A DNA stretch of 64,000 nucleotides from an uncultured Noviherbaspirillum sp. (GCA_966212545.1 CBIHRW010000015.1:514-64513), one strand, 5' to 3'; counted from the stretch's first letter, positions 10,267 through 18,880 are shown. The notes: a model not told the origin generated them from the sequence alone. Numbers and translations are program-made.

Positions 10267-10878
10267 TCAGGGTTGGGAATGAGCTATGTGGGTCAATTGA
10301 TCGAAAGCCTGCATCGCGCGGGCATTCACCTGCTTGCGCCCGAGCAGGCGCCTTTCCATCTGCGCAGCGCTGATCAGGCCATGCATCACCATTACAAGGG
10401 CGTCAGGTGCGAGCCCTGCAGGCAGTTGCCCGGCGTCAGCCGCCTTGCGTGCCTGGTTCACCAGGTAGCTGTTCCACTCCGCGGTAGCGTGCCGCAGGTG
10501 CTCGCGGACCTGGTTCTGTTCGTCATCGAATTCCTGCTGCGCACAGAGCAGCGGGCAACCGCCCCGCAACCCCGCCCTGTCGATCCAGCTCAGCCAGTAT
10601 TCGAGGATTGCACGAAGGCGCGGCAAGCCGGCCGGTACAGGCTGGGCTGGGATCAGGACGAGCTCACGGAAGCGCCGGAATGCATGATCCAGCACCGCGA
10701 TCCGCAGACTTTCCTTGCTGGGGAAATGGCGCAGTAGACCGCCCTTCGAACGACCTGCGGCGGCTGCCAGCGGCGCCAGCGTCAGACGGGCGACGCCGGT
10801 CATGCTGGCTTCCTGCAGCGCGGTATCGAGGAAGGCTTCGCGCGTCAATTCACTCTTGGAAAGGGTTCTCTGGTCCAT
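10267..10878 (-). CDS. TetR/AcrR family transcriptional regulator
   Basis: N-terminal HTH region (REAFLDTALQEASMTGVARLTLAPLAAAAGRSKGGLLRHFPSKE). Co-oriented with, and 12 nt upstream of, the hydrolase gene. Confidence 0.8.
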   Translation of the reverse strand: MDQRTLSKSELTREAFLDTALQEASMTGVARLTLAPLAAAAGRSKGGLLRHFPSKESLRIAVLDHAFRRFRELVLIPAQPVPAGLPRLRAILEYWLSWIDRAGLRGGCPLLCAQQEFDDEQNQVREHLRHATAEWNSYLVNQARKAADAGQLPAGLAPDALVMVMHGLISAAQMERRLLGRKQVNARAMQAFDQLTHIAHSQP

Positions 10879-11108
10879 ACGTCATCTTGCGACCGATTGG
10901 TCTTTTTTAGGAGAATAGCACGAAAACGAAAAAGCATGGTCTTCGATGATTTTGATCGAGAATCGGCCGTCATTGAAATGCGGGCTAAAAGGCAGAAACC
11001 GTCTCAAAACTGCAGTTCGGAAAGCGAAGATTCAACGCCGTTTTAACCGGCGCGCTTGCGCAACAGTGTTGAAATGCAAGTTAGCCCTCAGATTGCAGCA
11101 AGGTTTGT

Positions 11109-11597
11109 TCACGCCTGACCTTTTGCAAAGTCACCCATTGGATCGAAGATGATGATTTCTTTCGATTGAGAGAACGAGTGAGCCAACAAAATTCTTGCGT
11201 ACTGAAACCGCTCACCATCGATCCTGCGAACGTAGACGGTTCTCGCGTCCGTGAGCCCGACGAGATGCCCCCGGTTTTCGACGTTACCAAGGTCGTCAAT
11301 TTCGTCGGACCAAGCAACCGGGATTGATTTGCCCTTTGAATCGTAGACCGTCAAGTCAGTGATGCACGCTTTACGCTTCGACTTGTTGAAGAGAGGAATT
11401 TGAAGAACGCAGTCCGAATTCTGGCGCACGTTCAAACCCGGATGACTAACTTTACGAATAAAGATGCGCTCATCGGATTTAGCATCTTCCTGGATTGACT
11501 TGGCGAGGAGATAGCTGCGGAACGCAGTTGCGGCAGAGAACACCGCCATGAGCGCCGAAAACGTGGCAGTGGCGATCGATACTGACTGTGCGTCCAT
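11109..11597 (-). CDS. Orphan hypothetical protein with one N-terminal TM helix, in a low-GC islet
   Basis: ATG preceded by AAAGGAA. TM segment SVSIATATFSALMAVFSAATAF followed by a ~130-aa beta-rich-looking domain. Visibly AT-richer than the neighbours. No family recognised. Confidence 0.5.
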   Translation of the reverse strand: MDAQSVSIATATFSALMAVFSAATAFRSYLLAKSIQEDAKSDERIFIRKVSHPGLNVRQNSDCVLQIPLFNKSKRKACITDLTVYDSKGKSIPVAWSDEIDDLGNVENRGHLVGLTDARTVYVRRIDGERFQYARILLAHSFSQSKEIIIFDPMGDFAKGQA

Positions 11598-11917
11598 GCG
11601 AATTCCTTTCTGAGGTCTAACTTCATTAGACGGGCAAATACCGTCCGATTAACTTGGAACCGTGTCCGTATAACTAGGCTGGCACAAACGCCAAGTCATT
11701 GACAACAAAGACAATTTCTCACGACTTGATTGGTTAATCATACCTAACCAACCAGGAAATGCGGACAACCAACCCTGACGGGCTGTACCCTTAAGAGACA
11801 TGAGCCTGACTCCTCAGCCCGAGCTGGACTTCTTCCTTGGTTCAATATTTGCAGAGCTGCAGTGCGAGCAAGGCCAATATCAGGCCCGCGCCCACGACTT
11901 TTCACACAGACAAGCAC

Positions 11918-13702
11918 TCAATCCACCCGCGCCTCGTCCTTCACCTTGATCCCGTCCTGCTCGAAGGATTGCTCCAGCGCCTCGCGCGCAGCCCTGGCGA
12001 TGGAGATGGTTTTCATGTCGTCGCGGAAGTGCGGGAACATCGCGTCCAGCGTCTCCAAGTTGTGCTCCCGGAACTTGACCCGGGCGAGTTCTGCGGTGTG
12101 CGGATCGAATCCCATCTGTTCCAGTGCCCTGCGCGCGATGAGCAAAGCCGATTCGAATGTTTCCCGCTCGAACATCTCGATGCCGCGACTGCGCAGCTCG
12201 AAGACATGGGGCACATCGCGCGCCCTGCTGATGAGCTTGAGGTGCGGGAAATGCGAGCGCACCAGGTCGACCAGCCTGAGGTTGCTCTCGACGTCGTCGA
12301 TGGCGTTGATCAGCAGGATTGCCTTGTCCGCCTCCGCCGCGCGCAGCAAGTCCAGCCGCGTGGCATCGCCGTAGTAGACCTTGAAGCCGAAGCGGCTGAC
12401 GGTGTCGATCATGTCCGGGTCGTTGTCGAGCACGGTGGCTTTAATGCCCGAGGCATAGAGCATGCGGCCGACGATCTGGCCGACGCGGCCGAAGCCGGCG
12501 ATGATGACGCGCGCGCCGCCGGGTTCGATGGTGTCGGTCTCGCGCGGCGGCGCTTCATGGAACTTCCTGCCCAGCCAGTTGCCGGCGTTTAAAGCCAGCG
12601 GCGTCAGTGCCATGGACACGGCAACCACCAGGGGCAGCATGTCGTTCCAGGGTTGCGGGATGAGCTTGGCGTCGCTCGCGGCGGCGAACAGCACGAATGC
12701 GAATTCACTGCCCTGCGCCAGCAGTCCGGCAAAGCTCAAGCGCTGGACAGGGGCAATCGGCAGCACGCGCGCGAGCAGGCCGAGCAGCGCCATCTTCAGC
12801 AGCATGTAGACCACCGTGACGCCGAGGATGGTCAGCGGCGCCGATGCCAGCAGGTCAAGGTTCATCGACATGCCGACCGAGGTGAAGAACAGGCCGAGCA
12901 GCAGGCCCTTGAAGGGCTCAAGGTCGGTCTCCAGCGCCTTGCGGTACTCCGACTGTGCAAGCAGGACGCCGGCGAGGAAGGCGCCCAGACCCATCGACAG
13001 GTTGGCCAGCGTCATCAAATGCGCCGTTCCCAGCACCAGCAGCAACGAGAACGCGGTGAAAATTTCTCGCAGCTTGGTGCGCGCAATCAGGCGCAGGCAG
13101 GGGCGCAGCATGTAGCGGCCCATGAGGTAGACAGCGGCGAGCGCGGCAGCGGCCAGCAGCCAGTTGAAGCCTTCGCCGCTTGCCGCCCTCTGCGCGCCGA
13201 GCAGCGGCACGACGACCAGCAGCGGAATTGCCGCCATGTCCTGGAACAGCAGGATGGCGAAGGCGTTCTTGCCCGCCGGCGTATTCTGCAGATGCTTCTC
13301 CTGCATGCTTTGCATTGCGATCGCGGTCGACGACAGCGCCAGTGCGAGCCCGGTGACAAGCGCAGCCACCAAGGGCATCCCGGCGAGCCAGGCCACGCCG
13401 GCCAGCGGAATGCCGCATGCCAGCATCTGCAGGGTGCCGCCGCCGAACACGATGGTGCGCATCTCCAGCAGCTTCTTCGGCTGCAGTTCCAGGCCGATGA
13501 GGAAGAGCATCAGTACCACACCGATCTCGGCAACATGGCTGATCACCTCGACGTTCTTGACCACAGCCAGTCCCCAGGGGCCGATGAGGCATCCGCCGAC
13601 CAGGTAGCCGAGCACGGAACCGAGGCCGAGCCGCTGCGCGAGCGGCACGAGCAGGACGGCGGTCAGGAGGAAAACGAGAGGCGTAGGCAGCAGGTCGTGC
13701 AT
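11918..13702 (-). CDS. Glutathione-regulated K+ efflux / CPA2 monovalent cation:proton antiporter (KefB/KefC type) with C-terminal RCK/TrkA-N domain
   Basis: 594 aa. Roughly 12 TM helices, then a Rossmann motif IIAGFGRVGQIVGR and the KTN domain. Confidence 0.85.
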   Translation of the reverse strand: MHDLLPTPLVFLLTAVLLVPLAQRLGLGSVLGYLVGGCLIGPWGLAVVKNVEVISHVAEIGVVLMLFLIGLELQPKKLLEMRTIVFGGGTLQMLACGIPLAGVAWLAGMPLVAALVTGLALALSSTAIAMQSMQEKHLQNTPAGKNAFAILLFQDMAAIPLLVVVPLLGAQRAASGEGFNWLLAAAALAAVYLMGRYMLRPCLRLIARTKLREIFTAFSLLLVLGTAHLMTLANLSMGLGAFLAGVLLAQSEYRKALETDLEPFKGLLLGLFFTSVGMSMNLDLLASAPLTILGVTVVYMLLKMALLGLLARVLPIAPVQRLSFAGLLAQGSEFAFVLFAAASDAKLIPQPWNDMLPLVVAVSMALTPLALNAGNWLGRKFHEAPPRETDTIEPGGARVIIAGFGRVGQIVGRMLYASGIKATVLDNDPDMIDTVSRFGFKVYYGDATRLDLLRAAEADKAILLINAIDDVESNLRLVDLVRSHFPHLKLISRARDVPHVFELRSRGIEMFERETFESALLIARRALEQMGFDPHTAELARVKFREHNLETLDAMFPHFRDDMKTISIARAAREALEQSFEQDGIKVKDEARVD

Positions 13703-13826
13703 GGTTGGTCTTCTTTAGATGCTTGGTAGAGCGCAGGCTAACCGCCGCGCAGCAGTCGCGAGCGCTACTTAGGGCATCGCTTGCGATTCATGGAAAAAAC
13801 AACGGACTCAACTATTTACCATATTC

Positions 13827-14462
13827 ATGAGTTACCTAAAAGAAATCGCTCTTCTACAGTGCGAGAAGGCGGTGGAGCGTCCTGGCGGTTTGCTTCGTCC
13901 CGCCCCGCCCTTGAATAGGGCAGTCCAACGCTTCACCGTCCTGATCGCGCTCTTCACTGCCGGGTTCCTGCTTTACGGTGCGTGGTCCTTCAAGACGCTG
14001 GAGGAGCTGAAAGTCAACGGCCCGCTCTACCAGCGCATCGTTCAGTGCAGGAACCTGATCGCCGACATCCTGCCGCCTCCCGAATACGTCATCGAGTCCT
14101 GCCTGGTCACCATGCAGATGCATGACGCCGCAGACAAGGCTGAGGTGGATCGCCTCAAGGTCCTGAAGGGCGACTACGACATACGTCATGCGTTCTGGCA
14201 AAAGGAAGTCCTGGAGAAGGATCTTGCCGATGCCTTCCTGCGCAGCGCACATGATCCGACAACCGCTTTTTATGGGGTGGCATTCAATGAATTCATCCCT
14301 GTCGTGCAGAAGCAGGATAAGGATGTGGCGAACACGGCGAAGGGGCGCATGAAGCAGCACGACGAGGCACATTGCAAGGCGGTCCACCAAGTGGTGCAGA
14401 TGACGACCCGGCGCTACGAGGGTGACGAGGCGGGTGCCAGGGCGAGCATCGAGTCCAGATGA
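13827..14462 (+). CDS. Membrane-anchored helical-domain protein, sensor-module-like, with no output domain
   Basis: TM helix FTVLIALFTAGFLLYGAW, then a helical region with NGPLYQRIV...ADILPPPEYVIES. This resembles (from memory) N-terminal ligand-binding bundles of MCP/GGDEF proteins. The ORF ends at 211 aa and is followed by a hairpin terminator. No obvious RBS. Confidence 0.45.
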   Translation: MSYLKEIALLQCEKAVERPGGLLRPAPPLNRAVQRFTVLIALFTAGFLLYGAWSFKTLEELKVNGPLYQRIVQCRNLIADILPPPEYVIESCLVTMQMHDAADKAEVDRLKVLKGDYDIRHAFWQKEVLEKDLADAFLRSAHDPTTAFYGVAFNEFIPVVQKQDKDVANTAKGRMKQHDEAHCKAVHQVVQMTTRRYEGDEAGARASIESR

Positions 14463-14471
14463 ATTTGACGG

Positions 14472-14508
14472 GGGTGCATTGATCGAAGAGAAATGCACCC
14501 TCCTCTTT
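14472..14508 (+). terminator. Intrinsic terminator candidate after the 13827..14462 gene
   Basis: gggtgcatt / aatgcaccc form a 9-bp stem with an 11-nt loop, followed by tcctcttt. Confidence 0.5.
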
Positions 14509-14594
14509 AAGGGCAGCCGGCGGGGTGGAAGGTTGGGATGGGGGTAATGAAATCTAGCGATCCGTCTTTGTCCCGCATGCACCACCTCCCGGCT

Positions 14595-17318
14595 TCACAC
14601 TCCAGACGCTGTCCTCTCGCTCCCCAGCACCGTATTCAGCAGCAAGGCCAGGTTGCGCGCGGCCGCGGTCAACTGCGCCGTCACGATCGGCTTGCAGCGG
14701 CTGTCGTACGCCGCCTTCCCTTCCCACGAGACCTTGTACTTGCCGCCGTCCAGCCTGTCGGTGATGCGCAGGGTCTCGTAGGCGGCGCGCGCATGCAGGA
14801 GCGCCGTATTGGCCCACTGCACGCCCCATTGGTCTGGCGGCACGGTTTCCGCGAGGCCGACTGCATCCTCTCCCGTTGTCGTCCTGTTCGCTTCGATCAT
14901 TTCCAGCAGCTTGTTGATGAAACGCTTCTTCATGTCCGGGCTGGCCGGTTCGTCGCTTCCACCCGCCGTCATCGCTTCGATATTGCCGGGAATGCGGCTG
15001 TCCCAGTAGGCATGCAGGCTTACATTGCCGCCGAGGGGCAGGATGAGGTTGTTGCCGCCCTTGTCGTGCGGCAGCCTTTTGCGCAGGATGGTCTGCGGGT
15101 CGGACACCAGTTGCGGCATGCCCCCGGATGCATCGATGAAGCCGCAGCCGATGTGCACCGGCTGGTGCACGTCACCGACCAGATGCACCAGCCAGCGCAA
15201 CGCGTTCAGCTTGCTCATCACCTTAGAGTCGCCCTGCAGCACCCGCACCGTAACCCGGACCATTTCCACCACATCGTCGCTGCGCGTAAATTCGAGGCGC
15301 TTCGCCTCGGCATAGCTGGGCACGCCGAGCGGCAGGTTGACGTAGTGCCAGTCCCTGCTTTCCGCATTCGGAAAATCGCGCAGGAATTCGGCGGTGTCCG
15401 GATCGACGCTGGATCCCGGCCCGCCGCCCTTGATGCGGTCGGCCCAGCCTGCGATCTCCCTCAGGCTGGCCTCTGTGCCGAGCGGCGCGAGCAGGCGCTC
15501 GACCTCTTCGCGGGCGCGCTGGTTCAGCAGGCGGTCGGCTGCACCGGCGATCAGCTCGTGGCGCGAGATGCCCCAGAACTCGGAGGCATACAGAGTGGCG
15601 TTCTCCCTGGTCAGCTCGTCGCGCGGTACCGTGCGGCCATAGACCGGCGCCGCGGCGCCGCCGCGCGGCTGCGCAGAAGGATTGTGCAGCGGCTGCAGGC
15701 TTTCGAAGGCCGCGCGTACCGCTGCGTCCGCATCGACGCAGCCATGCCCGAAGTAGATGGAATGGCCGTTTTCATCATACGTCTCGGGGTCGCCGACCTT
15801 GCGTGCCGTGCTCTGCAGAATCTGCTTCACCTGCCGCGCCGTCAGCGCGGGGTTGACCGACAGCACCAGCGCGCAGATGCCGGCCACCAGCGGCGTGGCG
15901 CTCGAGGTGCCGCCGAAGGTCCGGGTGTAGTCGCCGGCCTCGTATCCGGCCTCATACGTCACACCCTGGAACTGGAAGGTGCCGCGTACATCGGAGGTAA
16001 GGATGCCCCTGCCACCCGCGCCGCTCGACGGTGCGCAGATAGCGATTTCCTTGCCGAAGTTGGAGTAATTCGATTTTTCGTCGCGGCTGTTGCAGGCGGC
16101 GACGGCAAGCACATCGGGATGCGTGGCGAATCCGTCCACGGTGCCGCCTTGCGGATCGTTGATGTCATGATTGGAATTTCCCGCCGCAAAGACCACGACG
16201 CAGCCCCGTCCGTTGCGGCCTTCGGTCGCGCATTCGGCAATGGCTTCGTCCATTGCCGTCGACAGGTAGAACTCGTCCGCGGCGACGCCCCAGCTGCAGC
16301 TCACTACCCACGCCCCTTGCGTTGCGACGTAGGCGAACTGCCGCCTGATGGTGTCGTCGGAGATCGAGCTGTTCCAGCGCACAGGCATGAAGCGGCAGCC
16401 CGGCGCGGCGCCGATGATGCCGCCGGCGCTGGCATTGCCGATCGCCACGCCCGCGCAGGCGGTGCCGTGGTAGTCGCCACGCCGCGAATCGGGATGGAAG
16501 CGCCTGGGCGAAGGATTGTCGGTGTTCGTCGTGAAATCCCATGGCGCAACAACTTTGCTGTTGCCCGACAGGTCGGGATGCGACAGATCAAAGCCGTCGT
16601 CGATCACCGCGACGATGCACGCCGGCGAACCGAGCGATTGCGCGCGCTCCCATGCGGCGGTGACGCGCGCATCCGCGCCGGGTTTCAGACCCAGCGAACT
16701 GCCGAACTGGACGCCGTCATTTTTCAGGTGCCACTGGTCCCGGAGGAAGCTGTCGACCGGCATCTGGAAAGCAAGCAATTGCCCCGGCGTAGCCAGGTCG
16801 GGTTCGGCAAGCGCCACCACACCGCCATCCTGCTGCAGCTTCTCGGCAACCTTGAGCGGATTGGGCGCATCGGGCGTCGTCCTCACGGTGAATGTCTCGA
16901 CAGCGGTGCCGTCAGGTTTCTGCTTGAGCGCCGACTCAACGATTTCGAGGTGATTGTCGTCGAGCACCTTCTGGCGCTGGTCGAAGCTCGATGCCGGCGT
17001 GAAGCGCAGCATGATCTTGCCGGTCGGGACGATCGGCGCGGAGCTCTTCGGCGTGTGATAGACGTGCGTGCCGGCATCGACGAGGTAATGGCTGCGCAGC
17101 TTGTCGAGGGTCTCCTCCACCTTGTCCTTCGCCGCGCGCACCTTGACGATCTCGAAGCCGCCGATGCTGGATCCGACATCCGTCGTCGAGACCGCATCCG
17201 GCACCGATGCCAGGACTTCCGCGACTCCCGCCTGCGATGTCGGCCGTATCGCGATCAGGTCATCGCTCTTGACGAGATTGACCATGCCACGGCCGCGCTT
17301 GAGGGTTACCTTGTCCAT
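14595..17318 (-). CDS. Fusion protein: I9-like propeptide region + subtilisin-family (S8) serine protease + S1/P1-type zinc nuclease; no signal peptide
   Basis: Start MDKVTLKRG at 17318, preceded by AAGGA. S8 triad motifs are VAVIDDGFD, HGTACAG and GGTSSATP, plus oxyanion AAGNS. The C-terminal domain has WGISRH, GWADRIK, WHYVNLP, LVHLVGDVHQPVH, DKGGNN and LHAYWD, the full S1/P1 nuclease ligand pattern. Confidence 0.85.
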   Translation of the reverse strand: MDKVTLKRGRGMVNLVKSDDLIAIRPTSQAGVAEVLASVPDAVSTTDVGSSIGGFEIVKVRAAKDKVEETLDKLRSHYLVDAGTHVYHTPKSSAPIVPTGKIMLRFTPASSFDQRQKVLDDNHLEIVESALKQKPDGTAVETFTVRTTPDAPNPLKVAEKLQQDGGVVALAEPDLATPGQLLAFQMPVDSFLRDQWHLKNDGVQFGSSLGLKPGADARVTAAWERAQSLGSPACIVAVIDDGFDLSHPDLSGNSKVVAPWDFTTNTDNPSPRRFHPDSRRGDYHGTACAGVAIGNASAGGIIGAAPGCRFMPVRWNSSISDDTIRRQFAYVATQGAWVVSCSWGVAADEFYLSTAMDEAIAECATEGRNGRGCVVVFAAGNSNHDINDPQGGTVDGFATHPDVLAVAACNSRDEKSNYSNFGKEIAICAPSSGAGGRGILTSDVRGTFQFQGVTYEAGYEAGDYTRTFGGTSSATPLVAGICALVLSVNPALTARQVKQILQSTARKVGDPETYDENGHSIYFGHGCVDADAAVRAAFESLQPLHNPSAQPRGGAAAPVYGRTVPRDELTRENATLYASEFWGISRHELIAGAADRLLNQRAREEVERLLAPLGTEASLREIAGWADRIKGGGPGSSVDPDTAEFLRDFPNAESRDWHYVNLPLGVPSYAEAKRLEFTRSDDVVEMVRVTVRVLQGDSKVMSKLNALRWLVHLVGDVHQPVHIGCGFIDASGGMPQLVSDPQTILRKRLPHDKGGNNLILPLGGNVSLHAYWDSRIPGNIEAMTAGGSDEPASPDMKKRFINKLLEMIEANRTTTGEDAVGLAETVPPDQWGVQWANTALLHARAAYETLRITDRLDGGKYKVSWEGKAAYDSRCKPIVTAQLTAAARNLALLLNTVLGSERTASGV

Positions 17319-17601
17319 TGTCGAATCCTTTCCAGAACTCAATTCATAAACAGGAGAGCCGGCGCCCCCCGGCGCCCGCGGTACAAGACGCGTTGCCAGG
17401 GCAGGCTCCAGGGCGCCTTCGCGATCTCGCCCGATGCGGCGAACGGCCCCATGAGAAAAGACGCCCAGGGGGGCCCCCAAGGACAGCTTAGCCGGACATT
17501 GTCACCGGCCGCTGATCTTCGGCAAAGCTACGCGCCGGAAGGTGGATATGATTTCGATTAAGATTGCCGGCGGCCATAATCAAAAATCACGGGAGACATC
17601 A

Positions 17602-18090
17602 TTGAGCACACATACCGGCTGCCTGTTCTGCAAGATCGTGGGGAAGAAGGAACCTGCGGTGCATGTTCATGAAGACGACGTCTGCATTGCCTTCATGGAC
17701 ATTCATCCGCTGGGCAAGGGGCATGTGCTTGTCATTCCGCGCCGGCACGCGCAAAAGCTCGATGAACTCGATACGCGCTCCCGCATGCACCTTTACGCGG
17801 TGTGCGACCGCATCGTTGCTGCGCAGCGCCTGGCGGGCTTCGGCGTGAACGGGTCGCATCTGCTGCTCAATGACGGCAAGGCGGCAAACCAGCATGTGCC
17901 GCATGTGCACTTTCATCTGATTCCCCGCAGCGGAAGCGACAGTCTCGGATTCTTTTTCCGGATGCTCCTGCACTTCACCGGATTGTTCGGGCTGCGGACG
18001 CCTGCCCGGACGCTGCAGTTGCAGGCGGACCTGATCCGCAAGCAGATGCAGCGGGCTGAAGCCGACGAGGCGCTTGCCCGCTCCGCGTAA
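17602..18090 (+). CDS. HIT family protein (histidine triad nucleotide hydrolase/transferase) with ~45-aa C-terminal extension
   Basis: CLFCKIV..., then the histidine triad HVPHVHFHLIP. The likely start is TTG at 17602, 5 nt after GGGAGA. The ORF-track start at 17542 is the alternative. Confidence 0.8.
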   Translation: MSTHTGCLFCKIVGKKEPAVHVHEDDVCIAFMDIHPLGKGHVLVIPRRHAQKLDELDTRSRMHLYAVCDRIVAAQRLAGFGVNGSHLLLNDGKAANQHVPHVHFHLIPRSGSDSLGFFFRMLLHFTGLFGLRTPARTLQLQADLIRKQMQRAEADEALARSA

Positions 18091-18128
18091 CGGCAGAACA
18101 AGAAGATCGACCGTCGAAGGCCAGCACA

Positions 18129-18830
18129 GTGACAGCCCTGCCTTACTCGATGAAAGTTCGAAATCCATACATGAAGACAAACACTTTCACACCGGTGGAC
18201 GCGACAGTCGGCCTTACCCTCGTCGCGTTTACAGCATTGCTTGCAGTTTTGCCCCTGGTGATGGAAAGGGGGCAGTTCATATGGGCGCTCTCGGAGCAAG
18301 GACCGTTTGAACAGCTTTCCCTTGCCGGTTGGCTGTTTGCTGCCGCCGTCATCCTGTTCCGCGTCCGGCCGCTTGGCAGGTCCGGCCTGGCGTTCGCGCT
18401 GCTGTTTACCCTGTTCGCTGCACGCGAGGCGGACTGGCACAAGGCGTTCACCGCCGACAGCATCCTGAAGACCAACTACTACAGGCATTCGCTGGCGCCG
18501 ATCGCGGAGAAAGTGATCGCGGGTGCGATCGCAGCGATCGTCATCTTGTTGATCGTGTATGTCGGATTTCTGATCCTGCGTTTCCTGTTCCTCCGCGGCG
18601 GGTGGCGTACCCGCGCCGGCTTCTGGCTGCTGCTCGCCTCGGTCCTGATGGTTCTGGGCAAAATGCTCGACCGTACGCAGGCGACACTGGCGGAAGACTT
18701 CGGCGTGCTTTTGCCGCCTTTGGCACAGCTCTATATGAAAGCCTTCGATGACGGATTCGAGTTGGCCCATCCGCTGCTCATGGCCTGGGCAGTGTGGCTG
18801 GGCAAGACAGATGGCCTGTTTGATCGTTAG
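18129..18830 (+). CDS. Integral membrane protein, hypothetical
   Basis: About 6 hydrophobic helices. Start is uncertain: GTG 18129, ATG 18150 or ATG 18171. Co-oriented with the HIT gene. Confidence 0.55.
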   Translation: MTALPYSMKVRNPYMKTNTFTPVDATVGLTLVAFTALLAVLPLVMERGQFIWALSEQGPFEQLSLAGWLFAAAVILFRVRPLGRSGLAFALLFTLFAAREADWHKAFTADSILKTNYYRHSLAPIAEKVIAGAIAAIVILLIVYVGFLILRFLFLRGGWRTRAGFWLLLASVLMVLGKMLDRTQATLAEDFGVLLPPLAQLYMKAFDDGFELAHPLLMAWAVWLGKTDGLFDR

Positions 18831-18850
18831 ACCGGCCGCAGAATGAAATG

Positions 18851-18880
18851 AAAAAGCCACCGAGGGATCGGTGGCTTTTA
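18851..18880. terminator. Bidirectional rho-independent terminator between convergent genes
   Basis: aaaa-AGCCACCGA-ggga-TCGGTGGCT-tttt: a 9-bp perfect stem with an A-run and a T-run on either side. Confidence 0.75.

Noticed and set aside
10891-10902. GACC-gatt-GGTC mini-palindrome just upstream of the TetR start, considered as a TetR operator
   Set aside because: Each half-site is only 4 bp, which is too weak to distinguish from chance without comparative or binding data.
17359-17376. Direct repeat CCGGCGCC-cc-CCGGCGCC and the nearby GGGGGCCCCC palindrome in the S8-nuclease / HIT divergent intergenic region, considered as an operator
   Set aside because: Such GC-only short repeats are expected by chance in high-GC DNA, and no -35/-10 context could be assigned. 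This is not enough to call a regulatory site.
14538-17561. 1007-aa plus-strand ORF, the longest in the window
   Set aside because: It is the antisense shadow of the S8-nuclease gene. Its composition is Arg/Ala/Gly/His-rich with no recognisable motifs, while the minus-strand frame has complete protease and nuclease motif sets. The same reasoning rejects the other long antisense ORFs, for example 632..1771, 2158..3585, 35360..37387, 40745..41872, 54357..55634 and 61439..62941.
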